From NCBI RefSeq assembly GCF_006345805.1, contig NC_043009.1, forward strand, positions 29,698,001 through 29,762,000: 64,000 nt of DNA. Direction: 5' to 3'. Position 1 is the stretch's first letter; each line of letters begins with the position of its first letter. A model generated the notes under the pieces. It was not told the origin of the DNA. It made no database searches and saw only the letters and a program-made list of their open reading frames with translations. This document shows, piece after piece, positions 1-13,161 of this stretch. The position numbers and the translations under genes are program-made. Source of the stretch: Octopus sinensis (lineage: Eukaryota).

Positions 1-61
1 ATTAGACTGTCAAATCGACGAAGGCGCTTAAAGCGTTCGTAAATTTCTAATACAGACTTAC

Positions 62-170
62 AGGAATTGATCGGATGGAATACTGGTCAGAATCATGAAT
101 CAGCGAAATCCTAATTAAGTGGCGGCTTCTCACCTCTTTGCGGTTGGATTGACTTTGACAGATATTTAAC
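62..170 (-). other. Candidate spliced exon (109 nt), product unknown
   Basis: Minus-strand acceptor atttgatcag| and donor |gtaagt; one open frame (LNICQSQSNRKEVRSRHLIRISLIHDSDQYSIRSIP). No recognisable homology. Confidence 0.2.
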
Positions 171-382
171 CTGATCAAATATAATGTCTTACGTTTTAGC
201 ACCACATCTCTCACTACACACGCACAAATACTCACTCGCAGACACCCATATAATAAGTACACGCAGGAAAGACGGAACAAATTATATGTGAATTCATACT
301 TTTATTCGGTTCCGCACACTCAAACGTGACTACCATTCGCTGCGGTAATCATGACACCATATATATGTATATATATGTATGT

Positions 383-411
383 GTCTATCTATCTATCTAT
401 CTATCTATCTG

Positions 412-471
<60 letters not shown>

Positions 472-472
472 C

Positions 473-550
<78 letters not shown>

Positions 551-556
551 GTCTAT
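383..556. repeat. (TATC)n tetranucleotide microsatellite
   Basis: Long near-perfect TATC run; source of the YLSI/IYLS ORFs. Confidence 0.97.
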
Positions 557-789
557 CTGTCTCTGTCTATATACATATGTATAAATGTATGTATATAAAT
601 GTATATATGCAAATTTATGCATGTATGCGTGCGTATGTATGTATATATGTACGTGTATATATATGTGTATGTGTGTGTGTGCGTGTGTGTGTATGTGTGT
701 GTACAGGCATCCTCCTATATCTAGACAACCATTTGTGTAAGACATTTTGATTCGTTTCTTCTGGGCTATTACGAAAGGATTGCAAATCA

Positions 790-864
790 TTCTTCTTCTT
801 CTTCTTCTTCTTCTTCTTCTTCTTCTTCTCCTTCTCTTCTTCCTCCTTCTTCTTTTTCCTCTGT

Positions 865-934
<70 letters not shown>

Positions 935-960
935 CATTATTATCATCATCATTATTATTA
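790..960. repeat. Compound trinucleotide microsatellite (CTT)n-(AAT)n-(ATT)n
   Basis: Visible directly; the (AAT)n and (ATT)n blocks abut as reverse complements. Confidence 0.95.
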
Positions 961-1403
961 CATTTGAGTTTTCTTTTATAGTATATTTATAATTTCTTCA
1001 TTATATTTCCAGTTATTAACTTTATTTGCGCTAAGCAGAGTTGGCATCGACGTTCTTAGAAATGTATTTTAATCACCACAATATAGTCGAATACAACAAT
1101 TAAATCCTGCTAAATTGTTGTCAATATGGCTGAATAGATAATGAAAGAGAGTGATAGGAAATGAAGTAAAAGAGAAAGAGAGAGAGAGAGAGAGAAAGAA
1201 AGAAAGAGTAAGTCGGTGTAGAGTGAGAGTAAAGAAGGAAGGGGAGAATATCTGAGTCAATTGGTTAATGTTGCAAGGAAGACAAATGATGCAGAAATAA
1301 AGAACAATATATTTATATAAACGGTCACGTGATCTAATGTTCAGATAGTCAAGTGCAATGAGGCAGTAATTTATCGTTATAACTGACAACATAAACTCGC
1401 GTT

Positions 1404-1503
1404 CAGACGCAGAGAGAGAGAGAGAGAGGAGAGGAGGAGAGGAGAGGAGAGAGAGGAGAGGAGAGGAGAGAGAGGAGAGGAGAGAGAGGAGAGATGGAGA
1501 GAG
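1404..1503. repeat. Purine-rich (GA)n/(GAG)n low-complexity tract
   Basis: Visible directly. Confidence 0.9.
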
Positions 1504-1682
1504 AGTTAAACGTTTCGTTGTTTCATTTCTCTTTATGCCTCTAAATATATCTAGGTGAACAGAATAAGACATATACTACCATCGTAGTCGTTGTTTAACC
1601 ATGCGTCAGTCTCGATCGAGCAGGATTGCTATCAAAAACATTCCAGCCATGACCATCATACCTTTATCTAATATCACAGTTA

Positions 1683-1885
1683 GGCGGTGATCTAGCAGAG
1701 TCGTTAGCACGCCGGGCGAAATGTTTATCGGCACTTCGTTCGTATTACGGTCTGTGTTCAAATTCCGTGGAGATCGACTTTGCTTTTCACCTTTTTAGGG
1801 TCGATAAAATAAGTACCAGTTGAGTACTGGGGTCAGTGTACCCTCTTTCCCAAAATACGTCCTTGTGCCAAAATTTCAAACCAAT
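1683..1885 (+). mobile_element. tRNA-derived SINE, family A
   Basis: Head ggcggtgatctagcagagtcgttagcacgccgggcgaaatg, B-box-like gttcaaattcc and core gtcgactttgc...taagtaccagttg, shared with other copies in the window. Confidence 0.85.
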
Positions 1886-2171
1886 ATATATTTCAGGTTT
1901 TATTTAAGTGTCATGTCTGCCAGTTTAGTCCTCAAATGACAGGCAATGATAATTCTCAGCTTCCCAGAATCCCCTTTTATTCAAATTTGTGTATCCTGAT
2001 ACTTGATAATACTTAACTTTAGATGTAAGAATCATATTCAATGTTCTGAAGTTGCCATTCCATGGACTTATAAGACTTTGATGTGATCGTAGAGACACTT
2101 TTGTGACATTCGACTTTCTCAGTCATTTTAAACCTGGCAAAGCCCATCCATCCTGGGTCTGAAAACAACCG

Positions 2172-2214
2172 ATGTCTTCCAGAGGGGCGAGACAGAAGCA
2201 AGCAGAAAATAAAC
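2172..2214 (+). other. Candidate initial coding exon (MSSRGARQKQAENK)
   Basis: ATG at 2172, open frame, |gtgagt donor at 2215; phase-compatible with 5658-5729. Confidence 0.2.
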
Positions 2215-3410
2215 GTGAGTGAAAGAGAAGAATTAATAGCAGTACAAAGCTTCTCTATTTTCCATGCAGGAATAACAAAAGGGATCGTTGAACTCGGTAG
2301 TATCTAAGCCCAACGAACAGAGAATCAGAATGATTATTGTATAGTGATTAATCCGAAGTTCTGACGACTTTCTCAGTTGTTCAGATTCTCTTCAATCATA
2401 AAGTATCTAATTTGAGTCGACTTACAAGCAATTATTTATTAAACTTAACATTTTGACGGACTAGATGAAGGTCATATAGATATCCATACAAAACCCATAG
2501 AATATGTTCTGTGAATGATGAAGTAAATATAACATCGAATAAATAATATACATGTATTCATTACGCACATACACCAACAAATACACACACACACACACAA
2601 ACATACAATTTCTTAACTTGTCCTTATTATAGGTATCAAGCAATGAATGTGTAATTAAGCATAGGAATCAGAGAAAAAAATATATAAGTGGTATTTACCA
2701 CCTTAAGGGCAAATGTAAAAGCTAGCAGCAACAATTAAATTTGGGTTATATAATCAGTACACCAAGGAAATACCACCCACATAATCACATTGGTTTACTG
2801 GCATTACATTAATAAGCAGGCTTCATCGTTTACATTAAGGTTATATTTCATGTGTGTAGCCTTGAAATTTCATACCGAGTTAAAGAAAGTTTACTTCTCA
2901 ATCACTTGCAAAATCAATTAAGATAATTCTTACATTCTGACTTGTGTCTAATGGAGAACTTACTTATAGTTATACTAAAAGAGCAGTATTTGCACATTAA
3001 CCGTACACAGACCGCTGCAGCTTCAAATTCAGACGTTAAAAGCACTTTTAAAACAGAAGAAAACAATACTATTATCTACAGAGTTTCTTCATGCTGAGCA
3101 AAATAATAGCTCAGGCGTGTAAGAGACTGGTTTAATGTCATAGAGTAAGATATATATATTTTTTATACTGATGTTTTGGTTTTTGATAGATAACATTGAG
3201 AATTGCATTTTACAAAATGAACACTAGGCACGTATATTTTTCATTCATCTTCATCTCAAACATTTCCAGACAGAAATACAATAAAAGTCAGTAAACATTA
3301 ATTCTTCAACTATTATCTTATTGTATAACGACACACACACACACACACACACACAAGCACACATAATGTCTGTATGTGTGTGTATATATATATATGTATA
3401 CATGTATATG

Positions 3411-3453
<43 letters not shown>

Positions 3454-4193
3454 ATGATGTATGTGTGTGTAAATCTGTGTATGTGTGTCATTGATCTTCT
3501 ATTTTATGATTTAATCAAATGGTTCACTGCTGAAGAAAAGTGAAAAGAATCTAAAAAGAAAACAATAAATATGCAAACAACATATAAATCACAGAACCTA
3601 TATAATATATCATAGCAAAGTAGTCTTTGAAACAGGTCTTCATTGTTATAGCCTAACCAGTTCTTTCAATTAGAATTTCTACTAGTCCAATCCCTGAAAA
3701 TGTAAAAGTTTACCAAATAAAATTTGGCCAATTTCGCTTGCAGCTTCGTTGATTAGTATACCACTAACTTTTATTAATGTTCATCTTTGACATCATTTTA
3801 AAGTTATTTGTAGACTACCATCTTCCTTGACTTCAACAAAACGTTGAAATATCATGAATTGGCGGTTTGCTTGAGAGGTTTCTTACCTAGCTGAATAGGT
3901 ACAGGTTCGTTCCAATGTTGCGAAATATTAAGCATGTTTTAGTTTTTTCTTTTGGGTTTCCATACTATCAAATTGATCAAAACTTTATTAGTGGACGTTT
4001 CTACTAACACTGTTCAGACGCTCGTAGTCTACATGCATTCGCAGCAATTTAACTGTCTTATGTATATGGTAAAAATATACACTCGTGTAATATATAAACA
4101 ATCAGACCTCATAAAGTATGTATAAAGTTTTTGAACATTCATATAGATATCTAGTAGAATAAAAATAGACACACCCAGTGCAACATGTGCACA

Positions 4194-4241
<48 letters not shown>

Positions 4242-4483
4242 GTACATGTGTGATTGTGTATGTGTATGTGTGTGTGTGTTTATATGTATGTATTTGTTTT
4301 CTGGAAACCCAACAGCAAAACATCTTGAGCTGTAAAAGATGACCCACAACAAAGAGCGGTTTCTTACAGTGAAGAAAGTATGTAGAAGAGGAGCTTACTA
4401 GATGGTGGTCTTAACAAGAACACGTATCCACATGCAAAACACGCACATACGGTCATGTATATATATATATAATATATATATAT

Positions 4484-4522
<39 letters not shown>

Positions 4523-4539
4523 ATAGATATATATATATA

Positions 4540-5150
4540 ACTTAGATGACTTAGATGGTTTCGGCCATTATCGGCCCAGGCCATGACTTACTCAGTAGCA
4601 TCACCTGGAAAAGTCTTTTAGTTAATTATTTCGGGATAACATTGAAAAGTACAGGACCATTTGCAAAGAAGAAATTGTGTTGCATTGTTCTTATGTGATG
4701 TGATCTCGACATTTGTAGGGGACGCATTGCACTGGGGTCTAGTCTTAGGTGAATCGTAAATATAATACCGATATCATTTGGATAATATTGGCGGTATATT
4801 TTCCACATGGTGCAAATAATATATCGCTCATAGCAGCGTTGCAGATTAAAGAGATTCAGCTGTTTAAGTCGAGCCCAATAAACATGTTCCATCATGCCTT
4901 TTTGGTCATTGATCCTTGTGGCGCTTCGATCCTAGTTATATCTTGCTTTTTGTGTTTTTTTTTGTAGGGGGACAACAATGGGAAGCAGTATTCAAGGTGG
5001 GGCATAGAGAATGTGGAGAAGATAAGGATGATCCTTAGCTTGAAAAGCTCTGACGATGCATGAGCACATTCTGCGGGCAACATCGACTTTTTTGTTGATG
5101 TGAACACTCCAGCCAAGGTTGCTGTCGACTGTTACACCGAAGTCTCTGAT
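4540..5150 (-). mobile_element. CR1-type LINE, 5'-truncated 3' end (RT C-terminus plus tail), frameshifted
   Basis: Minus-strand translation gives RDFGVTVDSNLGWSVHINKKVD...PHLEYCFPLLSPY...DITRIEAPQGSMTKK...YWARLKQLNLFNLQR..ERYII, typical of CR1/L2-group RT C-termini. Ends in a (CATCTAAGT)x2 tandem tail at 4540-4557. Confidence 0.85.
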
Positions 5151-5194
5151 ATAAATATGTGTGTGTGTGTGTGTGTGCGTGTGTGTGCGTGTGT

Positions 5195-5400
5195 GTAAGC
5201 AGGCAGAGCAGAATACTTAGCGGCATTACGTAAGTCTGCACGTTTTGAGTTCAGCTGCCGCTGTGGTCGACATTATCTTTAATTCTCCTTTCTTCAGAGT
5301 CGATGAAATAAGTACTAGTCAAATATTGGACTCCTTTTATTTGATATCTCCCCTTCTCCCCATAAGATGCTTTCCCTGGGCCAAAACTTGAAACGATGAA
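5195..5400 (-). mobile_element. Degenerate SINE, family A
   Basis: Reverse complement contains gtacttatttcatcgactctgaagaaagg and gctgaactcaaaacgt matching the family A core. Confidence 0.65.
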
Positions 5401-5657
5401 ATAATAACTGTATATCGTATGTATTATTTCCACGTCCAACAGTAAAATTTACATTTTAAATATTAAACTCAACGTTGTATGTAAATTCTGTTGATTCAAA
5501 CAAATAATTTACCGGTAAAAAAATTACGAGGTATGCTATGAAGTTATTTATTATTTTTTATGTTTGAATCTTTAGATATCTTAATGTAAGCCATGCTCTG
5601 TTATATTTTATAGTTCCAGTCACGTGTTTGTTTGGTTTTTTTTTCCTTTTCTCTCAG

Positions 5658-5729
5658 ACGGCAGAATAGTTACAGAGTTATCAGACAATGACAGCAGACA
5701 TCCTTTGTTCAGAATTAGATTTGAGGCTG
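5658..5729 (+). other. Candidate internal coding exon (xGRIVTELSDNDSRHPLFRIRFEA)
   Basis: Strong polypyrimidine acceptor ttttccttttctctcag|, open frame, |gtattt donor, 72 nt phase 1-1. Confidence 0.25.
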
Positions 5730-6989
5730 GTATTTCAATATAATTAATTAACACATGGAAAAATAATCAACAGACTCTAAATATATCTACTTTCTATTTC
5801 ATATTTACAGATGCGATTTTTATCTTTTCCTATCAGTCTACTTTACATATCACTTGCAATATTATTTTTTACCCATAATTACTATAATATATTGACATCA
5901 CATTTTTATTTTTGGATTTGATATTTTGCTATTTTGTATCAATTTCTATTTTCATTTCTTAATGCTCTAACCTCAAGGCTATTGATATAATGTTTTGCGT
6001 TTACCGTTTTCTTTTTCGGTGACGATGTGATGGTATTTTCCTATCATCTTGTGACTAAATTTTTGTGTTTTTTGCTGACAATTTAACACCATCTAAATGC
6101 TGGCTTGCATCTTTTAAACGATGGAATAACAAGAAAGATAAACCAATATAATAATAATAGAGAAGTACATAAAACTCAAGTCAAGACACGTCTTCAGATG
6201 ATGAACTTAATATATTTTCTATATCTAGTTTGTTTATCCCGGGAGGAAGAATTATGAAATTCATATAAATAGCATTTCTTTAAAACGTTTGCGGCCATTT
6301 AAGCCACAAAGAATTTTATAAGCTGTCGTATTTCTTAAAAACACTATTCCTTTGGGAAAACTGAATGTAGACAAAAATTGATAAATTAATTTGCAGCTTG
6401 CAAGTCAGTGAATTTGACACTGTAGGAAGTATCACTTTAAATTAGATATACAAATATGTCAGAAAATATTATCAATGTAACTTTTTAATTTAAGATTGAT
6501 AAGGGCAGTTTATTTTTATATAATTAAATTCAGTCGATATGACCCAAAGAAGGAAAATAAAAAGAATGAAGAAAAATCAAAAGTGAAAAATAGGATGGAT
6601 TAATGTTTTTTTTTTTAAATGATAACCTGTTATAAATTCTTGTTCTTTCTGTCCTTAACATTTTATCACCATTTTCAGATGAAATCATAATTCTTCAGGG
6701 GCCTATTTCTGAAGAACTGACGATTATTTAAAAATAATAAGACTAGTAATGCTGAGAAAGAGAGAATTTATTACATCAGTTCAATAAAAATATTCAAGAT
6801 AAAATAATTTTGGGGATTACTATGTTGTTTGTTCTTTACGACTAAAGTCTGCAATGAGAGACAGCAGTGAACTTCAGGAGGAAATGTGTCGAGTGACATC
6901 GCTGTGTTTACTTCGTAAGTTGTAGAATATTTTGTGATCATCTGTATGTTGTATTCTGCGATTTTGTTATAGACAGGAAGTTGGAACAA

Positions 6990-7641
6990 GGAACCAACGT
7001 GACTTGGGAAGTCTACTACAGAGACTTTGAGTACGTCCTTGAGACGAAGCAGCAGTCGTCACAATGGAAGCGCCTTTCATCTCCACGCCAGAAGACACAA
7101 AACAGCACGTTTTCTTCGACGTACGTGGGATTGTGCATCGAGAATTCGTCCCGTAGGGCCAGACCGTTAATCGAGAGTTCTACTTCGGTATTTTGAAGCT
7201 TGTGGGGAGAGACATTTTGTGAAAACGACTGCATCTCTGGTGCGCGAAGAGTTGGATTCTTCACGACGACAATCCACTCTATCACTGAATTCTCCTCACC
7301 CCTGAGCTTCTCCCCACAAAACAACATAACATCGATTCCTCATCCGCTCTATTCGTCAGATTTAGCGCCTGCGGACTTCATTCTCTCTTTTAAGATGAAA
7401 AGGCAGCTCAAAGATTACCATTTTAACACCGTAGACGAGATCCAAAGCAAATCGCAGAAAATCCACGATTCGATTTTGGAAAACGACATTCAGGCCGAAT
7501 TCCAAACATGGCAGGTGCGCTGGGACCGGTGTATTGCTGTAAAATGTGATTACTTCGAAGGAGATGATGTCAAAGCTTTGGTAAAGAAGTCAATTTGTAT
7601 TAAACATAACTAGTCCGGACGTTTTTGATACAACCTTTGTA
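6990..7641 (+). pseudogene. Mariner (DDD) transposase pseudogene, C-terminal half plus degenerate 3' TIR
   Basis: Frameshifted ETKQQSSQWK, FDVRGIVHREFVP.GQTVN, WILHDDN, PHPLYSSDLAPADF (YSPDLAP motif) and RWDRCIAVKCDYFEGD. TIR-like gtccggacgtttttgatacaacctttgta at 7613-7641. Confidence 0.9.
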
Positions 7642-9419
7642 ATTCCATTGTGAATAGACAACAACAAAATACGAAAATACAGAAAAATATATGACCCCTA
7701 AATTAATACAAGATTCCTAGTTTCCATCTATATTTGAAGCCCTTTTTTGACATAGCACACTTTATATTTCTTAAAATCTTATATACTCCAAACGATTAAA
7801 AAGTAAATTCAACTCCTGTAGGATTTGAACTCTTATGTAAAGGGTTTAAAGTAAAAGACGGAAAATGGATTTGGGAAAATATGTTTGGTGCTTTAATATG
7901 CACACTGACTCCATTGGTTCACTGCAGTAACAGAACTACTTAATCGGGATTATTTTGTAGCACAGTAAATCATATGAGTTTTCAGTTATTCTATACATGG
8001 GATTAGTCAACGAAAGTAATGATTCTTACTGCTTAGTGATTATTTTACTGTCAGTTGATTGTGTAAAGAATTATCACATAAAAGATTATGGCAGACAAAA
8101 GATTTGAAAATGTTCTCAGACTCACAGAAATTCTAAACTAAGCAAAGGCCACAATCAATAAATGAAAGCTTAATCCATGAAAGGGTCAATATGTCTAATC
8201 TGCTTGGTACAAAAGGAAAATGTATTTTAAGATACAATACTTGGTGTTTGTATATCAATAGCTACTAAATTAAGCACTGCGCTGCACAACTACTGTTTTC
8301 CAGTTACAACTCCTATGTGTCTGCAACAACTTGTGATAGATATTTCTGCTGTTTTTCTTTTCAAGAACGACAATCCTCGGACTTTCGTTCCAGTAAATTT
8401 TTTCTCGCATAATACTGGTGTCCAAATCTTTAAACAACATACAAATAATATTTGTCCAACACAGATTTTCCTTACTCACATTCTTACGCTGGGAAAGAAT
8501 TTAGTTACCAGTATATCTTCTTAGCAACACCCCCTACACACACACATACACACTCACACTTGCATACATGGACACACCCACACCCGCACACAAGCACACA
8601 CACACAATATACCTTTGTTACTTTCTCTACATGTATTGTTCAATTAATTTTCCTTTCATTAGAAAACTTACGTGTAGTGGAAATGTCATGGTATTTTTAC
8701 AAGCTACGACATTTCTGCAGACAAATGCCGCTAGTTTAAAATATAATATTCATCTATCTGCAACCAAATGCGTAGAATGCAAATAATAAACATTTCTATT
8801 ATTTCTATGCTATAATATTTAGCTTTGCATATATCGAAATTGCTCAATGCCATAACATTTCATATATATTTTCGTAAACTAGACAATCCCAAAATCATCT
8901 GATGGGTTTCTGACAAATGCTAGAATTCCAGAGCCGTAAAGGTTGTTAACCAAACTTTGGGTTGAATTAAGCCATAGAGAATCCATTTGTGGTGAGCATT
9001 ATTTACTAAAATGTGTAAATGATCTGATGTTCATTAATCTGCCCCTAATTCCTGAGTAAATAACAACCCTGAATCGTTGGATCCGACACTTTATAAATCA
9101 GCAAAATATGCCAGAATTAGCTATTTTGGTAAACAACAATGGAAGAACCGTATAACTTGATTCTACTGTGTGGATTGGCAGATATAGATCTGTGTTTTAC
9201 AAAAGAAAAAAAAATAAATATTGCCAGAAACATGAAAAAACAAAAAAACATGTTATTTCTACCTAACAAAATGTGAATTTGTGCCCTATGAAGTGTCGAA
9301 ATTTAATTTTCGGTTTTGACTGCCGAATCAGTGGAGAAGTACAATAATGTTCCAGAATTTGAGGAACGGAGAGGATAGGATTATACGAACAGGAATATGA
9401 TGAATTATCATAGGTTTAG

Positions 9420-9800
9420 TGTAGTAGGGCATAAAATGTCTTAGAATTTAAAAAAATGAAAGAAATGTTCTTTACGTTCCGAGTTCAAATCTGTCAGGGT
9501 AGATTTTGTTTTCCAGTGGACGGAAATACTCGTTAAATATTCTATTTATTTTAATCAACATGTAGGTTATCGAACAATATATATCCCTGCTTTAATGTTG
9601 TAAATCTTTGTTGTTTCCTGGTGGTGGATTGGTAAATGCATGACAATATCGGTGAAGTGACAAAACAAAAATGCCCTGTGACATCTGGTTCTTAATTTTT
9701 ACCTCCTGATTCGAAATTCCACATACGCTGAACTTGCCCTTTATTCTTTCGAGGTCATGAAAGTACTGCCATCAATTGGAATAAGTGTTTCCTAGGCATA
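9420..9800 (+). mobile_element. Two highly degenerate SINE (family A-like) remnants
   Basis: tttacgttccgagttcaaatc and ttcgaaattcc...gaacttgccctttattctttcgaggtc resemble the family A B-box and core. Confidence 0.4.
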
Positions 9801-10949
9801 AAAAGCATTTGAGCTTCAGATCATTTAGAAAAACAAATTATAAGTTCTGATGAAGAACGTTAAAGACAGAGAATTGCAGTCTCTATCTGTTAGTATAAAT
9901 ATGCCGTCACTCTGTAGCTTGAAGGATTTGAAGCTTAAAAGGGTTAAGTGCTATCGATTCTTCTGTAACTCATAATTCGTTGGAACCACACAGTATAATC
10001 TTAAGTCATTTAAACGTTTCTCTCGGTCCTCATGAATATTTTTATTCTGTATTTTTAAGCCAATAAAGTTTTCGTTTTACAAACATTATTCGTACCTTTT
10101 AGATCGTCATTTTCTTTCAATGGTGTTTGTAACTGGAAGTAGTGGGGGGGGGGAACTACCTTGCAAAATAAGGGCTTTCTCTGAGAAGACAGAGCATGTT
10201 TGAATGCATTTTTCCAAGAAACTACTTGAAGATTTTAAGATCTCATTTGTATTTTCAGTTTTTGGCATTAAGTAAATGAGAAACAGATCCAGGCAGGATG
10301 CTTTACTAGTTTGGATGTCGATTCTCAATCATGTAATGTCTTACAAAAATGGCAGCGATACATAGCAAGTGGTCGAACGAAAATGTTTATTTTGGACAAC
10401 TGCTGCTGATATGAATATATTCTATCAACAGATAATTCAATGCCTTAAGAATCACTAAAGCATCTGGCTATCTTACATCTACCGTGGCAGGTGATTTTTT
10501 AAAATTCAATATATTAGTCTTGGGGAATGACAGTGCCGATAATATTTGCAAGAACACTGAGACTGGTTGGAGGGAAAACGAAATACTTTTGGCTATCATG
10601 GTTGAATACTGTCCACAGTGTAGATTTCACTGAAGAAATCTAACTTGTCAAATGATGGAGTTAACTGGCCGATGCACTATGTTTACAGCACCAGTAGGCA
10701 TTATCGAAAATTGAAATCAGAATCCTCTGGATTGTACATCTTAGTTTCCTGAAAGGGTGAGAAATAATCTCAGAAGTATTTGAAACTCGATTGTAGACAA
10801 TCGGGCAAAACTCTCCGAGTTGATGCATGCTGAATGACTCTCCCAGTTCAGCTGCTATCAGGGATTTCATGAGAACTAATGTGGATTACTGCTGCTACCT
10901 AGCTTCCAGTTATTCATGATCATACTGATATTTTCAGCTATTATCTCAC

Positions 10950-11061
10950 CATAATTTTAGCGTTACTGCATTATCTAATATGGCGTTAGAAGGGGATGCC
11001 TTATAGATTTGGATGATAGTTCGATCGAATCCAAAGAATGTCAATCTATAGTTCATTTGTA
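10950..11061 (-). other. Candidate internal coding exon (QMNYRLTFFGFDRTIIQIYKASPSNAILDNAVTLKL)
   Basis: Acceptor tattcttctcacacag|, open frame over 112 nt, donor |gtgaga. No recognised homology. Confidence 0.2.
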
Positions 11062-11867
11062 CTGTGTGAGAAGAATATAGACTGGAACTTATTTAATTAA
11101 GTTTGGCCGAGTTGGAAATTTTTTTTGGTTTCGAATGTAGAATTTTTCCAAAACTGATTTTATGATTTTTGAAAGAATGGTGTTATTTACAAGTGATAAG
11201 TAAATAATATGTTTGGTAGTACACATCCAGAGAAAATATAATTTAATATAATTATCGACAACTTTCCGGCGTGATATGGTTAAAATAAGGTTTTACTAGT
11301 TTTGTGGAAGGATTCCGACCACCCACCAAGTGGCTAAAGTTGAACTCACACGTTGTTATAAAATAAAGAACTGTGTACGATTGGGATGTCGGATTGGTAA
11401 GCAGTTCACTGTGAGCCGTTCATTGAGAACGTTGTGTATTGTGTAAAAGTGATCGTATTGCGTCATGTAAACAGTTCCTTTTCCTCCTGCTTCGTCAAAT
11501 TATATATCCAAGATATAAAAGCTAGTAAAAAAGAAAGGTGTGTGAGTGTGCTACAATTAACATTTCAAAATATGATACTAAAATTGTGAAAACAGAGAAA
11601 TAAACAAAAATTATCATAGAAGGGTATGAAGAAACAAACCAAACATCAATGTAAATAAAACCTATCAACTACACGAATAACGACAAGTGTTTGTCTTGGA
11701 GTGATTTGGAGAAAGCTGAGAATGTACTCATGTCAAGAGACACAGAGGAGAGAAGAAGATCGCACAAAGATGGGGAATTAAATCCGACACTTGTATCAGT
11801 ATATATTTAATATTATCTTCTGTATACAGAGATGCATACAGGAAGACATGCATGTAGAGCAGCACAC

Positions 11868-11894
11868 AAACACACACATACACACACACACACA

Positions 11895-11968
<74 letters not shown>
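11868..11968. repeat. (CA)n microsatellite
   Basis: Visible directly. Confidence 0.97.
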
Positions 11969-11970
<2 letters not shown>

Positions 11971-12319
11971 GAAATGCAAGAAGGCGGGCATTGCTTAGAT
12001 ATAAAAAACATTCGCAAAACTAATACAAAACACACCAGTCCTGAAATGGTTAAAATGATCAATACTTCTAGACTTGCAAAATTATGTTAGTATCAATATA
12101 TCTATTGCCTTGAATTAGCACAGATATCTAAAAATGTAACCACACACGATCTGTATATCTTTGTCCTCGACAATTTGTCACTGTCTTCCTTTATACCACA
12201 GACAGGTCTAAACATGTACACACGCACACACATAAAGCCTCATACAAACACACAAACACACTCGGCATACATAAATATATAGTTGTTATGCGTATATATG
12301 AAAATGTATATGTATGTAC

Positions 12320-12359
12320 ATGTAAGTATGCATATATACATACATACATACAAAGATAC

Positions 12360-12399
<40 letters not shown>

Positions 12400-12428
12400 T
12401 TATGAGGCCGTATCAGTGTATAAGTAAT

Positions 12429-12464
<36 letters not shown>

Positions 12465-12587
12465 CTATTTTACATACATAATTACTTATACACTGATACG
12501 GCCTCATAAATACACACATACATACATACACAATCACACACATATATGTATCTTTGTACGTATGTATGTATATATGCATACTTACAT
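12320..12587. repeat. Inverted duplication (foldback) with a (TA)n spacer
   Basis: 12396-12435 is the exact reverse complement of 12474-12513 (40 nt); outer arms continue imperfectly to 12320 and 12587. Confidence 0.93.
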
Positions 12588-13051
12588 ATATATATATATG
12601 TAAAGAAAAAATCTACTTTTCGTTTGGCCTGAAGGAAAGCCACTTAATAAATTTTAAATTACTTTTTTCTTCATGAACTTCTAGTGCACTCTTTCCAGAG
12701 GGAACCGGTGAACCCAGAATAATCCAGTTATGTACAAATTAACTGTCTAGTTGTCTATGTCATGTTTCCAGTTGATAACGTTAGTGGCTGGCGGTAAGTC
12801 TAGAGGGGTAGGGAGAGTACAGACACATCTTAACGACAGTATCTAAACGGGCACATGGTTACTGTTTTCAGATCTTCTCAACCTAGTCTTGTTTCTAATT
12901 TATTTTTGGAATACGCATACATGTATGTGTATGTACATGTACAAAATGTATATGTTAGTATAATATATTTATCTACGTGTATATTCAGACACACACACAC
13001 ACACACATATATACATGTGTGTGTGTGTGTGTGTGTGTGTCTCAGTATATA

Positions 13052-13094
<43 letters not shown>

Positions 13095-13107
13095 TACACA
13101 TGTATAT

Positions 13108-13161
<54 letters not shown>

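Noticed and set aside
8270-11100. A continuous gene or pseudogene across the stop-poor 8.3-11.1 kb region
   Set aside because: Several alternative frames and strands read equally well, stop density is only slightly below chance, and there is no recognisable motif. Only the best-bounded segment is listed as a candidate.
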